A stretch of DNA of 28,407 nt, from IMG/VR virus record IMGVR_UViG_2554235475_000003, positions 1-28,407 of that record; one strand, 5' to 3'. The stretch is from a virus. The notes under the pieces are model-generated. The model saw nothing but the letters and a program-made list of their open reading frames with translations, searched no databases and had not been told where the DNA came from. The translations under genes and the position numbers were made by a program. This document shows positions 6,722 to 15,282 of the stretch, in pieces. Within the stretch, counting starts at the first letter, position 1, and each line of letters starts with the position of its first letter.

Positions 6722-7577
6722 CACCCACGCCCACAACCACACCCACCAGCTGACGGCCGCGGAGTACGCCCTCGACGAGCCGGGCCGTGTCGACCCGACG
6801 TCGACGACGTCGATCCAGCGCTCGCTCGCCCGGTTCCTCCGCGGTCGGATCGGGCACCTCAACGCGGACGTCCGCCAGCTGCTCGTCGAGGAGGATGCGC
6901 TCGGGCTCGGCGACGGCGTCGGCGGGCGATGGGCCGACCTCTCCGCGGCGGAGACGGCACGGCGCTTCGACGACTGGATCCAGCAGGCGATCCGGGTGGA
7001 GGTCCTCGACCCGATCGAGGTGCGGCAGGTCCGCGATTGGTTCGAGCGAGCGAGCCGACAGGCGCTCCGCACGGCCAACGGCGAGCTTCGGTCGTTCGAC
7101 GTCGACCCGGATCCCGTCGACGACGTCATCCAGCAGGACGCCGTCCAGGAACAGATTGACCTGCAGCAGGAAGACACCCGACAGCGCGTCGAGTCGTGGA
7201 TGGACGACTACGCGACCGACACGCGCTCGCTCGTGACCGCCGGCGTCGGCGGCGAGATCTCGAGGTCGCAACTGATGCGCGACATCTCCGAGCGGGCGCA
7301 GGTGTACAAGTCGCACGTGACGTCGACGGCGAGCGGCCGTGTCGTCAACCAGTACAACACGACGAAGCTCACCGCATACGACCGAGTCGACACCGAGATC
7401 GAACTTGACGTCGAAGCCGAGTTCGAAACGGCCGGCGACGACAGAGTGTGTGAACTCTGCCGGAGTCTCGCAGGCACCTACTCCTTAGAGGAGGCCCAGA
7501 ACCTCACCATCCCCGATGACACTCACAACCTGTGTCGGTGTCAGTGGGTGGTGACCGACGTCCGGCAGATGTTCTAG
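6714..7577 (+). CDS. SPP1 gp7 / Mu gpF-like minor head protein
   Basis: C-terminal TAGDDRVCELC...HNLCRC signature. Position after portal. SD GAGGTG upstream of the ATG at 6714. Confidence 0.85.
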   Translation: MSSTHAHNHTHQLTAAEYALDEPGRVDPTSTTSIQRSLARFLRGRIGHLNADVRQLLVEEDALGLGDGVGGRWADLSAAETARRFDDWIQQAIRVEVLDPIEVRQVRDWFERASRQALRTANGELRSFDVDPDPVDDVIQQDAVQEQIDLQQEDTRQRVESWMDDYATDTRSLVTAGVGGEISRSQLMRDISERAQVYKSHVTSTASGRVVNQYNTTKLTAYDRVDTEIELDVEAEFETAGDDRVCELCRSLAGTYSLEEAQNLTIPDDTHNLCRCQWVVTDVRQMF

Positions 7578-7580
7578 CAG

Positions 7581-7644
7581 CGCTGCCAGGCCGATGACCC
7601 CCGTGTGAATCCACGCAAGCGCGTGAGGGGCGAGGACCTGGGCG
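7581..7644 (+). promoter_or_regulatory. Structured intergenic RNA element with kink-turn-like internal loop, upstream of the protease gene
   Basis: CCAGG(7586-7590)/CCTGG(7637-7641). CC-GAT-GA-C-CCCC opposite GGGG-C-GA-GG. Apical CACGC-AAGC-GCGTG hairpin. Confidence 0.4.
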
Positions 7645-7664
7645 ACTGACCTCTTCAACATGAC

Positions 7665-9176
7665 ATGAACAACCACAACCAAGACCTGCGGGTGTCGGCG
7701 CGGTCGTGCCGACTCACTGCAGCTGCAGACAGCGACGAGGACGGCCCGCCGTGGCGCTTCGGCGGGATCGCCGTCGCCGCCGGCGACATCCTCCACAACC
7801 AACTCGGCGAGCGCGTTCTGTTCACCGCGGACGAGCTCAAGGCCGCCGCCGAGTTGCAGGCTGGCGAACCGCTCACGAAGGACCACCCTGAGGACGAGCA
7901 GGGGCGGCCGAAGTACCCGCCGGACGTCGACGAGACGTTCGGGAAGGTCGACAAGGCCGGCTGGGTCGACGACCACGAGGGCGTCGGCTACGAGGCGATC
8001 ACTCACGACGAGACGATCGCCTCCGGCGTGCAAGCGGGGAGCTACGAGGTGTCCGTGCATCCGTTCTTCAACACCGAGCCGTATGACGGTCCGGAGGCAG
8101 ACCTGAAGGCCGTCGACATCATGTTCGGCGACCTCTCGGTCGTCTCGAAGGGTGACTCGCCCAGCAACACGGCGCAGTGGGGGCCGAACCAGGCGCTCGC
8201 GAACTGGACGGCGACCGCAGACATTGGTTCGGAGCTCACCGCCGCAGCCGACGCCGACGAGGATGCCGACACCCGGTCGCTCGTCACGCGGCTAGCCGAG
8301 CGACTCGGGATACTCGACTCGCAGGACCGCCGCGGTGGCGTCTTTCTCCCCGACCAGACGACTGACGGTGAGTCGGTCGGCATCGCTGACGCGAGCTTCG
8401 AGGACGCGCCGTGGCTGATCAGCATCCATGCGCCGGGTGAGGAGTACGCCGACGTCGGCGACGGTCTCGGTCCCGAGCTTGGGATGAGCGAGCCCTACGA
8501 GCCCGGGGAGTACCCGACTGAGTCTCGGATCAGCCTCGACGAGCCGGTCGAGGAGGACGAGACGCTGTTCGCACTCTTGCGGTATCATGCGGACGGTGAG
8601 GTCTCCGAGCCGATCCCCCGGAGCGATGGCGGGCACTACCTCGACTCCGCGTTCGTCGCCGTCGCCCCGGACGGCGTGATGGACGATACGAGCGAGGCGA
8701 CGGCAGGCGCATCGAGTGACGACGAACCGGCGGAACCCGGCAGCGGCGCGGACACTGACACAGACATGGGAGACAACGACGACACGAACGACGGATCGGA
8801 CGGCCCTGACGGCGGCGACGCCGGTGGGGACGACACTACTACGCTCGCCAACATGACCGTCGACGAGCTCGGCGACGCGCTTCGTGACCAGGGCTTCGTC
8901 ACTGAAGACGACGCCGGCGACCTGGTCGACCAGGCGAGCGCCCAGGCCGAGAAGGAGGAGAAGGTCGACGAGATCGTCGCGAAGAGCGACGACTACGACG
9001 AGGAGGACCGCGAGGACCTCATGGCGTCGGCTGACCCGCTGATCGACAAGGAGCACAAGCGCGTCCGCGGAGAGACCGCAGCGAGGATGCCGGGTCACGC
9101 CGGCGCCGCTGCGTCGCTGACCACGAACGCTGAGTCGGCCGTCGACGAGTACGGCACCGGCGTCAAGGAGGACTAA
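7665..9176 (+). CDS. Prohead protease/scaffold fusion with an internal inserted domain
   Basis: Position between the gp7-like gene and capsid genes. N-terminal domain with LTKDHP, YEVSVH and FGDLSVVSKG segments resembling viral maturation proteases. Acidic helical C-terminal scaffold. Confidence 0.75.
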   Translation: MNNHNQDLRVSARSCRLTAAADSDEDGPPWRFGGIAVAAGDILHNQLGERVLFTADELKAAAELQAGEPLTKDHPEDEQGRPKYPPDVDETFGKVDKAGWVDDHEGVGYEAITHDETIASGVQAGSYEVSVHPFFNTEPYDGPEADLKAVDIMFGDLSVVSKGDSPSNTAQWGPNQALANWTATADIGSELTAAADADEDADTRSLVTRLAERLGILDSQDRRGGVFLPDQTTDGESVGIADASFEDAPWLISIHAPGEEYADVGDGLGPELGMSEPYEPGEYPTESRISLDEPVEEDETLFALLRYHADGEVSEPIPRSDGGHYLDSAFVAVAPDGVMDDTSEATAGASSDDEPAEPGSGADTDTDMGDNDDTNDGSDGPDGGDAGGDDTTTLANMTVDELGDALRDQGFVTEDDAGDLVDQASAQAEKEEKVDEIVAKSDDYDEEDREDLMASADPLIDKEHKRVRGETAARMPGHAGAAASLTTNAESAVDEYGTGVKED

Positions 9177-9179
9177 CCG

Positions 9180-9665
9180 ATGATCGCAGCACACCAAAGC
9201 ATTCTCGCACAGGTGCACAACGAGAACAGCTACCTCGAGGGCGAGGCCGACTCGGCGCTCGACCCCGGCACGGGCGCGGTCGCCTACAAGGACGCCGACG
9301 GCAACTGGCACATCCGACAGGCCACCGCCGATGAGGACACCAAGCGGATCGTCCGTGAGCAGCGGAACCCGCCCCGCGGCGGGATGACCGTCACGGACAC
9401 CGGCGACAGCCCGATCGATGACGGCTACAACGCCGGTGACAACGTCGAGACGGTCGGCTTCCACCGCTACGACCGGGCGCGGCTCCGCGTGTCGCCGAAC
9501 GCGACCGCAGACCCGACCGACACGCCGGTCGGCTTCGACGCAGATGGACTGATCACTGACGACATCGACGGCGCCGGGGCCACCCCGGCCGCGCCGGTCG
9601 GGCGTGGCATCGAGCTGATCGAGCGGGCGACTGAGGACGACCTTCTGGTCGTGGAGTTCTACTGA
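9180..9665 (+). CDS. Capsid cement/decoration protein (putative, 161 aa)
   Basis: Small beta-rich protein between scaffold and MCP. SD GGAGG at 9167-9171. Confidence 0.6.
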   Translation: MIAAHQSILAQVHNENSYLEGEADSALDPGTGAVAYKDADGNWHIRQATADEDTKRIVREQRNPPRGGMTVTDTGDSPIDDGYNAGDNVETVGFHRYDRARLRVSPNATADPTDTPVGFDADGLITDDIDGAGATPAAPVGRGIELIERATEDDLLVVEFY

Positions 9666-9667
9666 AC

Positions 9668-10834
9668 ATGAGCACGCAGAACGTTTCGAGCCCCTCCGTT
9701 TCGGGGCCCAAGGAGTTCGAGTCGAACATCCCGCTGACCGCACAGGCCGCGCTCTACAACCCGCGGCCGGACGTCCGAGAGCAGGCGCTCGCGCAGCTGC
9801 GCGCGGAGTCTGCGTTCGATCCGGACATGTGGCAGCAGCTCGACGAGGCGACCGGCGTTACGTCGACTGACAAGAAGAGCCAGCTGCAGGAACTGACCGC
9901 GGACTCGACGCTCGTCGTCGACTCGTGGGAGCAGATCACCGACATGGTGCTCGACAGCCAGTTCGTCGAGTCCACGATCGTCGACCAGCTCATCGCCGCC
10001 GGCTTCGGCGTTTCTTCGAGCCTGTCGCGGTACGCCTACTTCAACCCGATGAGCAACACCCGGCTCGAAGCCGAGACGGGGATGAACATGCGGACGCAGT
10101 CCGAACAGCAGATGACCGGCCTCGGACTGGACGGCGTCCCGCTCCCGCTGCACCAGGTCGAGTACCAGATCGACGCCCGGGAGTACCAGAACGCGCAGGC
10201 GTTCGGTGAGGACTTCGACGACTCCGTCGGAACTGAAGCCCGACGAGCGCTCAACCGCTCGGAGGCGAACATGCTCTGGGACGGCTGGGGCGGCGACATC
10301 GAGACGCAGCGTGGGCTCGTCTCGGTGGCCGGGCTCGACAGCGACATCGATCAGATCCTCCAGGCGTCCGGATCCGGCGGCTGGGTCGCCGATCCGAACA
10401 ACATCCTGGAGGACTTCGACGAGCTCCACGACACGGTCGAGAACCAGACCGACGTCGTCGACAAGGACGACGTCCCGCTCGTCTCCGAGGTGGGTGGTTG
10501 GGTGCTCGTTCCGCGCGCGATGTGGGGCGAGTACTCCCGTGAGGACTACGAGACCAGCGCGACCGACGAGCCGGTCGCCGAGCGGATCGACCGGAAGTAC
10601 GACTACCTGAACGTCGTGCCGGCGCCGCGCTTGGACTCGGACAGCCTGATCCTGATGCTGAACGACCCGCGGTACTTCCAGATCGTCAACGCGCAGGGCG
10701 TGACGAACACTACGTGGGAGTCCGACGGCGGCGCCGCGCTCAACGCTCGGCTGCTCTCCAGCCGGACGCCGTTCGTGCGCCAGCAGCCGGACGGGATCTC
10801 GGGAATCGCCCGGATGACGGGGATCGACGCCTGA
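9668..10834 (+). CDS. Major capsid protein, HK97 fold (Linocin-M18/encapsulin-like subfamily), 388 aa
   Basis: PLPLHQVEYQIDAREYQNAQAFGEDFD...ARRALNRSEANMLWDG matches the P-domain spine of this family. Viral operon context. Confidence 0.88.
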   Translation: MSTQNVSSPSVSGPKEFESNIPLTAQAALYNPRPDVREQALAQLRAESAFDPDMWQQLDEATGVTSTDKKSQLQELTADSTLVVDSWEQITDMVLDSQFVESTIVDQLIAAGFGVSSSLSRYAYFNPMSNTRLEAETGMNMRTQSEQQMTGLGLDGVPLPLHQVEYQIDAREYQNAQAFGEDFDDSVGTEARRALNRSEANMLWDGWGGDIETQRGLVSVAGLDSDIDQILQASGSGGWVADPNNILEDFDELHDTVENQTDVVDKDDVPLVSEVGGWVLVPRAMWGEYSREDYETSATDEPVAERIDRKYDYLNVVPAPRLDSDSLILMLNDPRYFQIVNAQGVTNTTWESDGGAALNARLLSSRTPFVRQQPDGISGIARMTGIDA

Positions 10835-10839
10835 ACACC

Positions 10840-11007
10840 ATGACTGCAAGTCATGACTTCGGCGAACTCGAACGTGCGGTCTCGCTTCTCAAATCTGGCG
10901 GCTACGAGGTGCTTCGAGATGCCCGCCTGCATGAGGAAACAGTGTCTGGTGAGACACAGGCCGTTGCAGATCTGAAGGTGGTTCTCCCGGAGGACAACGA
11001 TGAGTGA
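10840..11007 (+). CDS. Hypothetical protein (55 aa)
   Basis: ATG 6 nt after the MCP stop. Overlaps the next gene start. Codon usage is less GC3-rich than its neighbours. Confidence 0.55.
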   Translation: MTASHDFGELERAVSLLKSGGYEVLRDARLHEETVSGETQAVADLKVVLPEDNDE

Positions 11008-11371
11008 CGACACTATCCGCGTTCGCGTTGACCGTGGCGACTACCGTCACGAGCGCGAGCACTACACCCGCGGCGACGAGATCGACGTCGACCCGAAGGT
11101 GCTTGAAAAGCACCCGAACTCGCTCACTCGCGTTGAGGAGCTCGACGAGTCTGCGGACGACAGTGGCACGGACGCCACCGACGACAGCGACGACGAGATC
11201 GTGGTCGATCCCGATCCGTCGGAGCTGACCGTCCACGAACTCCGCGATCGGATCGCCGACGTCGACGACGCCGACCTCCTGGGCGCGATCAAGGACGCCG
11301 AAGAGGAGGGCAAGAACCGGGAGACGGCCACCGACGCCCTCGACGAGCGGATCGCGGAGCTGGAGGGCTAG
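11000..11371 (+). CDS. Head-associated protein with C-terminal HeH/Rho-N-like helical domain
   Basis: DPSELTVHELRDRIADVDDADLLGAIKDAEEEGKNRETATDALDERI is the helical motif commonly seen after the MCP in tailed viruses. Confidence 0.65.
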   Translation: MSDDTIRVRVDRGDYRHEREHYTRGDEIDVDPKVLEKHPNSLTRVEELDESADDSGTDATDDSDDEIVVDPDPSELTVHELRDRIADVDDADLLGAIKDAEEEGKNRETATDALDERIAELEG

Positions 11372-11374
11372 GCC

Positions 11375-11785
11375 ATGCCCGACTACCGGAGCAGCGTCGA
11401 CGACGTTCGCGCCGAACTGGAGCGGACGGACTTCCCGACCGCTCAACTGGCGGACGGGCAGATCGAGACGGTCGGGCTTGACCCGGCGCACCTCGTCGTC
11501 ACCGAAGACCTCGCTGACACGGACCAGTCTGACGACCGCCTCGCGCTGATCGAGCGGTACCTCGCCGGGCACAACATCCTCGCGTCCGGGATCGATGACC
11601 TCCGACAGACGACGTCGGAGCAGACCGACCGCGAGCGGAAGTCCTACGCCGGCGAGTTCGGCGAAGCGATGCGGTCGACGACGCTCGGTCAGAAGGCCAT
11701 CTCGATGGACCAGTCCGGGACGCTCGCCGATGCGGCGAAGCCGACGGCGTCGATCACTGTCCCGGACACGTCTGGAGGACACTGA
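11375..11785 (+). CDS. Head-tail adaptor (gp6/gp15-like)
   Basis: Position and size. C-terminal RSTTLGQKAISMDQSGTLA motif resembles head-tail adaptor families. Confidence 0.68.
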   Translation: MPDYRSSVDDVRAELERTDFPTAQLADGQIETVGLDPAHLVVTEDLADTDQSDDRLALIERYLAGHNILASGIDDLRQTTSEQTDRERKSYAGEFGEAMRSTTLGQKAISMDQSGTLADAAKPTASITVPDTSGGH

Positions 11786-11787
11786 GC

Positions 11788-12087
11788 ATGGCGGACCGGC
11801 CCAGCATCTACCGCGTGACGCGGACGTGTCGCTACGGTGGCGGCGAACTCCGTGGCGCCGGTAAGCTCTGGATCGACCCGCCGACCGGCGCCGTCGACCG
11901 GCTCGACCGACACCTGGAGCGCCTCGACGAGGACGGACGCCTCCCGCGTGATGAGCTCGGGACGATGCCGTACACGACGCTCCAGCAACTCGCTGCTGCT
12001 GGTGACGTCGACGACGTCAACGGAAACAGCGACGGCGAGGCGATCGTCGACGCCTACGCGCTCACCGAGGAGGGTGACGATGAGTAA
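11788..12087 (+). CDS. Hypothetical protein with small C-terminal helical (SAP/HeH-like) motif
   Basis: SD GGAGG upstream. DELGTMPYTTLQQLAAAGDVDDV motif. Confidence 0.6.
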   Translation: MADRPSIYRVTRTCRYGGGELRGAGKLWIDPPTGAVDRLDRHLERLDEDGRLPRDELGTMPYTTLQQLAAAGDVDDVNGNSDGEAIVDAYALTEEGDDE

Positions 12088-12319
12088 CGCAGTTCTCGTC
12101 GCACTCCTGCTTACGGGGTTCGTGAGTGGGTTCGTGCTGGGGTACACTCGCCGGAGCTCTCAGTCTACCCGTGGCCGTGTCGCGGACACGCCGGATACTG
12201 ATCCTCGTGGTCGCGATCTGGGGGGAGACGGCGGGTACGGCTTCATCCGGCCGTCAGCGGACGACTCTCCCGATGTGCGCGTTGAACACGTCTGCGGTGG
12301 CAAAGCCGAGGAGGACTGA
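12080..12319 (+). CDS. Small protein with N-terminal membrane anchor (79 aa)
   Basis: ATG at 12080 overlapping the upstream stop region, with GGGTGA SD. AVLVALLLTGFVSGFVLGY is followed by RR (positive-inside). Confidence 0.5.
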   Translation: MSNAVLVALLLTGFVSGFVLGYTRRSSQSTRGRVADTPDTDPRGRDLGGDGGYGFIRPSADDSPDVRVEHVCGGKAEED

Positions 12320-12322
12320 CTC

Positions 12323-12751
12323 ATGCGCGGCACACTCACTCATCTCGTCACGGTCGAGCACTACCAGGAGACTGGCGAGACCGTCGACGACGGCGCCGGC
12401 GGAACGATCCCGGTCGAGGAGTGGGTCGCGGTCGTCGACGGCGTCCCCGGGCGGTTCGAGCCGGCCGGGCAGGGGTACGTCCGTGAGGACCAGGGCGGTC
12501 GCGTCTACTCCACACCGCGTGTCTACCTACCAGCGCGTTCTGCCGGCGAGATGGTCGACACCTCAGATGACGGCGAGCCCGCCGACTACGAGTACGACGT
12601 CGCCGTCGACGAAGGCGATGACTGGCGGCTCACGATCGCCGGGATCGCCGGGGCGTTCTCCGTGACTGACGTCGACGTCCACTACGACGGGCCGGAGCGC
12701 CCGAGCCACGTCGTCATCGAGGTCGAAAGGATCGACTCGGAGGACAGCTGA
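12323..12751 (+). CDS. Head-closure protein (SPP1 gp16-like)
   Basis: Beta-rich, with N-terminal LTHLVTVEHY and C-terminal FSVTDVD...HVVIEVER. Canonical position. Confidence 0.68.
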   Translation: MRGTLTHLVTVEHYQETGETVDDGAGGTIPVEEWVAVVDGVPGRFEPAGQGYVREDQGGRVYSTPRVYLPARSAGEMVDTSDDGEPADYEYDVAVDEGDDWRLTIAGIAGAFSVTDVDVHYDGPERPSHVVIEVERIDSEDS

Positions 12752-13137
12752 TGGACACCGACTTCCAGTGGGAACGTGGCTCTGACCCGCCCGTGATGCA
12801 GGAGACGCTGGGCGAGTTCATCGACGCGCTCGGCAGCGAGCTCGAAGCCGCGATCGACCGGCTGATGGGCGACGTCCTGCAGACGGTCCAGCGCCTCGTC
12901 AACGTCGACACCGGCCAACTCCGCGAATCCTACGAGACAGAGGTTCGTGAGGCGATGGAGTCCGCGCTCGGTCTCGTCATCGAGGGAATCGTCGAGTCCC
13001 GGATTCGGTATGCCTCTTTCCAGGAGTTCCTTGACACCGGGAAGCCGCACGTCGCGCCCGCCATCGAGGAGCACCGCAGCGCCCTCGAAGCGGAGGGCAC
13101 GAAGGCGTGGAACAACGCCATCAAGGAGGTCACATGA
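12751..13137 (+). CDS. HK97 gp10-like tail completion protein
   Basis: VNVDTGQLRESY and YASFQEF motifs of this family. TGATG coupling. Confidence 0.72.
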   Translation: MDTDFQWERGSDPPVMQETLGEFIDALGSELEAAIDRLMGDVLQTVQRLVNVDTGQLRESYETEVREAMESALGLVIEGIVESRIRYASFQEFLDTGKPHVAPAIEEHRSALEAEGTKAWNNAIKEVT

Positions 13138-13649
13138 CGCGGAACCTCGGAAGCGGCCAGCTTCGGAACGCGATCCTTGCGGACCTCCGAAGCCACCAGC
13201 CGCTTCTCGACGCGCTCGACACCGCGGACCTAGCGGGCGTCGACGGCCCTGACGACCCGACCGAGCAGGTGTACAGCCAGCAGACCATCCAGGACACCGA
13301 CTTCCCGGTCGGCGTCGCCATCGGGTTGATGCGCGGCGGTGGTGGGGAGTCGACGTCCTCGTCGACGAGCGCAACGTTCCTCGTTCAAGCCACCGTCGTC
13401 GTCCGCCTCGGTTGGCGGCAAGCCGTCGATCAAGACCCGGCGCTCGGACTCTCGGAGTCGTACATGGACGACGTGTTGAGCATCGTCGGCGCCCGCGCGA
13501 ACATCGCGTTCGGCGTCCCGTACCTCAAACCGAACGGCAGCGCTGGCGGCTCCGAGATGATCGAAGCTGACGATGGCGGTCAGTGGTCGCTCCCAGCGCG
13601 ATGGAGCGTCACCCGGACGGTCGTCGGTGACGACGGTCCGCGAGCATAG
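13134..13649 (+). CDS. Tail terminator protein (putative)
   Basis: Position before the tail tube gene. ATGA overlap with GGAGGT SD at 13125-13130. Confidence 0.62.
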   Translation: MTRNLGSGQLRNAILADLRSHQPLLDALDTADLAGVDGPDDPTEQVYSQQTIQDTDFPVGVAIGLMRGGGGESTSSSTSATFLVQATVVVRLGWRQAVDQDPALGLSESYMDDVLSIVGARANIAFGVPYLKPNGSAGGSEMIEADDGGQWSLPARWSVTRTVVGDDGPRA

Positions 13650-13690
13650 CGCGCTAACCACCCGATTCGATACGACACTACACACTCATC

Positions 13691-14191
13691 ATGAGCGCAG
13701 CACCCGCAGACTACGACCCGACAGAAACGCTCTCCGGAGCATGGACCGACGTCTCGCTGGTCCAGGATCCCGGAGCGACCGAAGAGACTGAGACGTTCCT
13801 CACGCGAACGGCCGGCGAGATCTCCATCTCGCCGAACACCAACCAGTGGGAGTCCGAGCCGAACGCCTCGCGACACCGGGAGTCCGGTACCGAGCATGTC
13901 GATTACGGCGTTGAGATCCCGCTTGATCACGACGCCGAGATCGACCTCGAAGAGTTGGGCGTCGTCGACGACACCTCCAAGGAGCGCATCTTCAACGAGA
14001 TCCACGACGCCGTTCGGCTCTACGTGTTCAAGAACCGCGAGGATGCCGACGGCGAGGAGGTTATCCAGCGTGAGCTGGCACGCGTCCGCATCGAGGAGAC
14101 CGAAGAGTCGTTCGCGAGCGGTGACCCCGCGAACGCAACGATCACGCTCCGAGTGATGGGCGAGATCAAACACGAGTTCTCGACCCAGTGA
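13691..14191 (+). CDS. Major tail tube protein (166 aa)
   Basis: Position before chaperone and tape measure. Beta-rich, with C-terminal ATITLRVMG strand. Confidence 0.72.
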   Translation: MSAAPADYDPTETLSGAWTDVSLVQDPGATEETETFLTRTAGEISISPNTNQWESEPNASRHRESGTEHVDYGVEIPLDHDAEIDLEELGVVDDTSKERIFNEIHDAVRLYVFKNREDADGEEVIQRELARVRIEETEESFASGDPANATITLRVMGEIKHEFSTQ

Positions 14192-14814
14192 CGATGTCTG
14201 GAGCAGCAACGCGTGGCTCGACGGATCATCTCGACCGCTTCGAGAATGCTGACGAGGCGCGCGAGTTCGTCGACGAGCGCAAACAGGCACAGCGTGAACG
14301 CCAGCAGGAGGCCGTCGAGGTGTACGGCGCCGCCGCCGAACTGTTCGAGAACCGGGTGCTCGACACGGTCGCTATCGAGCGCCACGGCACCGAGATCGAG
14401 TTCTACCGACCCGTCGACGCGACCAATGCGGACCTCTCGGCGATTGCGGAGAACCGCCCCGAGCTCGCCGACCGACTCGAACGCGGCAGCGAACACATCG
14501 CGACGTTCGAGGCGGCACAACGAGAGGCGCTCCAGGTCATCGGCAGCGCCGGCGACCGAGGCGTCACCGGCGAGGAACTCGAGCAGCTACACGGCGACGC
14601 CATGGAGGGCACCGAGACGATCCGGAAGGCGCTCTCGTGTTTTGCCGTCGACGACTCGTTCCGCGACCCGCAGATCTGGACGACCATCTTCCAGGGAGAG
14701 GACACCGTCCGTGAGTTGTTCGAGGATTTTTTCACCGAAGGCGATCGGGAAAAGCTGGAAGACAGGCGCGCCGTGTTGCAGAACATGCTTGGGGGCGCCG
14801 ACTCGACGAACTGA
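14188..14814 (+). CDS. Tail assembly chaperone (lambda gpG analogue); start GTG 14188 or ATG 14194
   Basis: Between tail tube and tape measure. Contains in-frame slippery heptamer T TTT TTC at 14727-14733. Confidence 0.72.
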   Translation: MTMSGAATRGSTDHLDRFENADEAREFVDERKQAQRERQQEAVEVYGAAAELFENRVLDTVAIERHGTEIEFYRPVDATNADLSAIAENRPELADRLERGSEHIATFEAAQREALQVIGSAGDRGVTGEELEQLHGDAMEGTETIRKALSCFAVDDSFRDPQIWTTIFQGEDTVRELFEDFFTEGDREKLEDRRAVLQNMLGGADSTN

Positions 14815-14957
14815 ACGTTCTCTGGGGAATCGACCCGCGGGAGTTCTACGCAATGGCTAGCTGGGAGCAGGAGTTCTGGCTCGCCCGGCTGCAGGATCGC
14901 CGTGAGAACCCCGGTCAAACACTCGATGAGCGAGGCCAGCAGATGCTGAACGGCTGA
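14727..14957 (+). CDS. -1 frameshift extension of the tail chaperone (gpGT analogue); not in ORF track
   Basis: The -1 frame is open from 14727 to TGA 14955-14957 and encodes ...LDELNVLWGIDPREFYAMASWEQEFWLARLQDRR..., which resembles gpT-type domains. Confidence 0.72.
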   Translation, partial: FFHRRRSGKAGRQARRVAEHAWGRRLDELNVLWGIDPREFYAMASWEQEFWLARLQDRRENPGQTLDERGQQMLNG

Positions 14958-14973
14958 GCCTTGCCCGAGCACC

Positions 14974-14979
14974 TTATTA
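14974..14979 (+). promoter_or_regulatory. TATA box (TTATTA) for a probable leaderless transcript of the 15001 gene
   Basis: About 24-25 nt upstream of the ATG at 15001, matching haloarchaeal leaderless spacing. Confidence 0.5.
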
Positions 14980-15000
14980 CACTCATGCACACCACCACCC

Positions 15001-15252
15001 ATGGAAACGCAGCCCTGCGGCGACTGCGGCGAACCGATCCCGACAGACGTCCGGAGCTGCCCCGAATGCGGCTTCGCACCGTGGAAGCCACTCCTCGGCC
15101 TCGGCGTTCTCGGCGCACCGTGCTCGCTGTGGATCGGGTTCTTCCTGCTCTTCTTGAGCGGGATCCCGCTCCTCGCGTACGTCGTGTGGGGCATCGGCGC
15201 CCTGACACTGCTCGCGCTGCCCAGCGCGGTGTTCGCCCGCCCGACAGACTGA
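15001..15252 (+). CDS. Zinc-ribbon plus two-TM membrane protein (83 aa), moron-like insertion
   Basis: CGDCG...CPECG followed by two hydrophobic helices. Has its own TATA box. Confidence 0.7.
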   Translation: METQPCGDCGEPIPTDVRSCPECGFAPWKPLLGLGVLGAPCSLWIGFFLLFLSGIPLLAYVVWGIGALTLLALPSAVFARPTD

Positions 15253-15282
15253 CGCGGAGACGTCGCCCCCGGAGGTGTCTCG

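Noticed and set aside
9668-10834. Cellular encapsulin nanocompartment
   Set aside because: It lies within a full terminase-portal-tail operon, so it is the viral capsid protein.
14791-14860. Mu-type -2 frameshift at GGGGGCG
   Set aside because: That frame stops at 14858-14860 after a short non-conserved-looking peptide, while the -1 frame gives a gpT-like domain.
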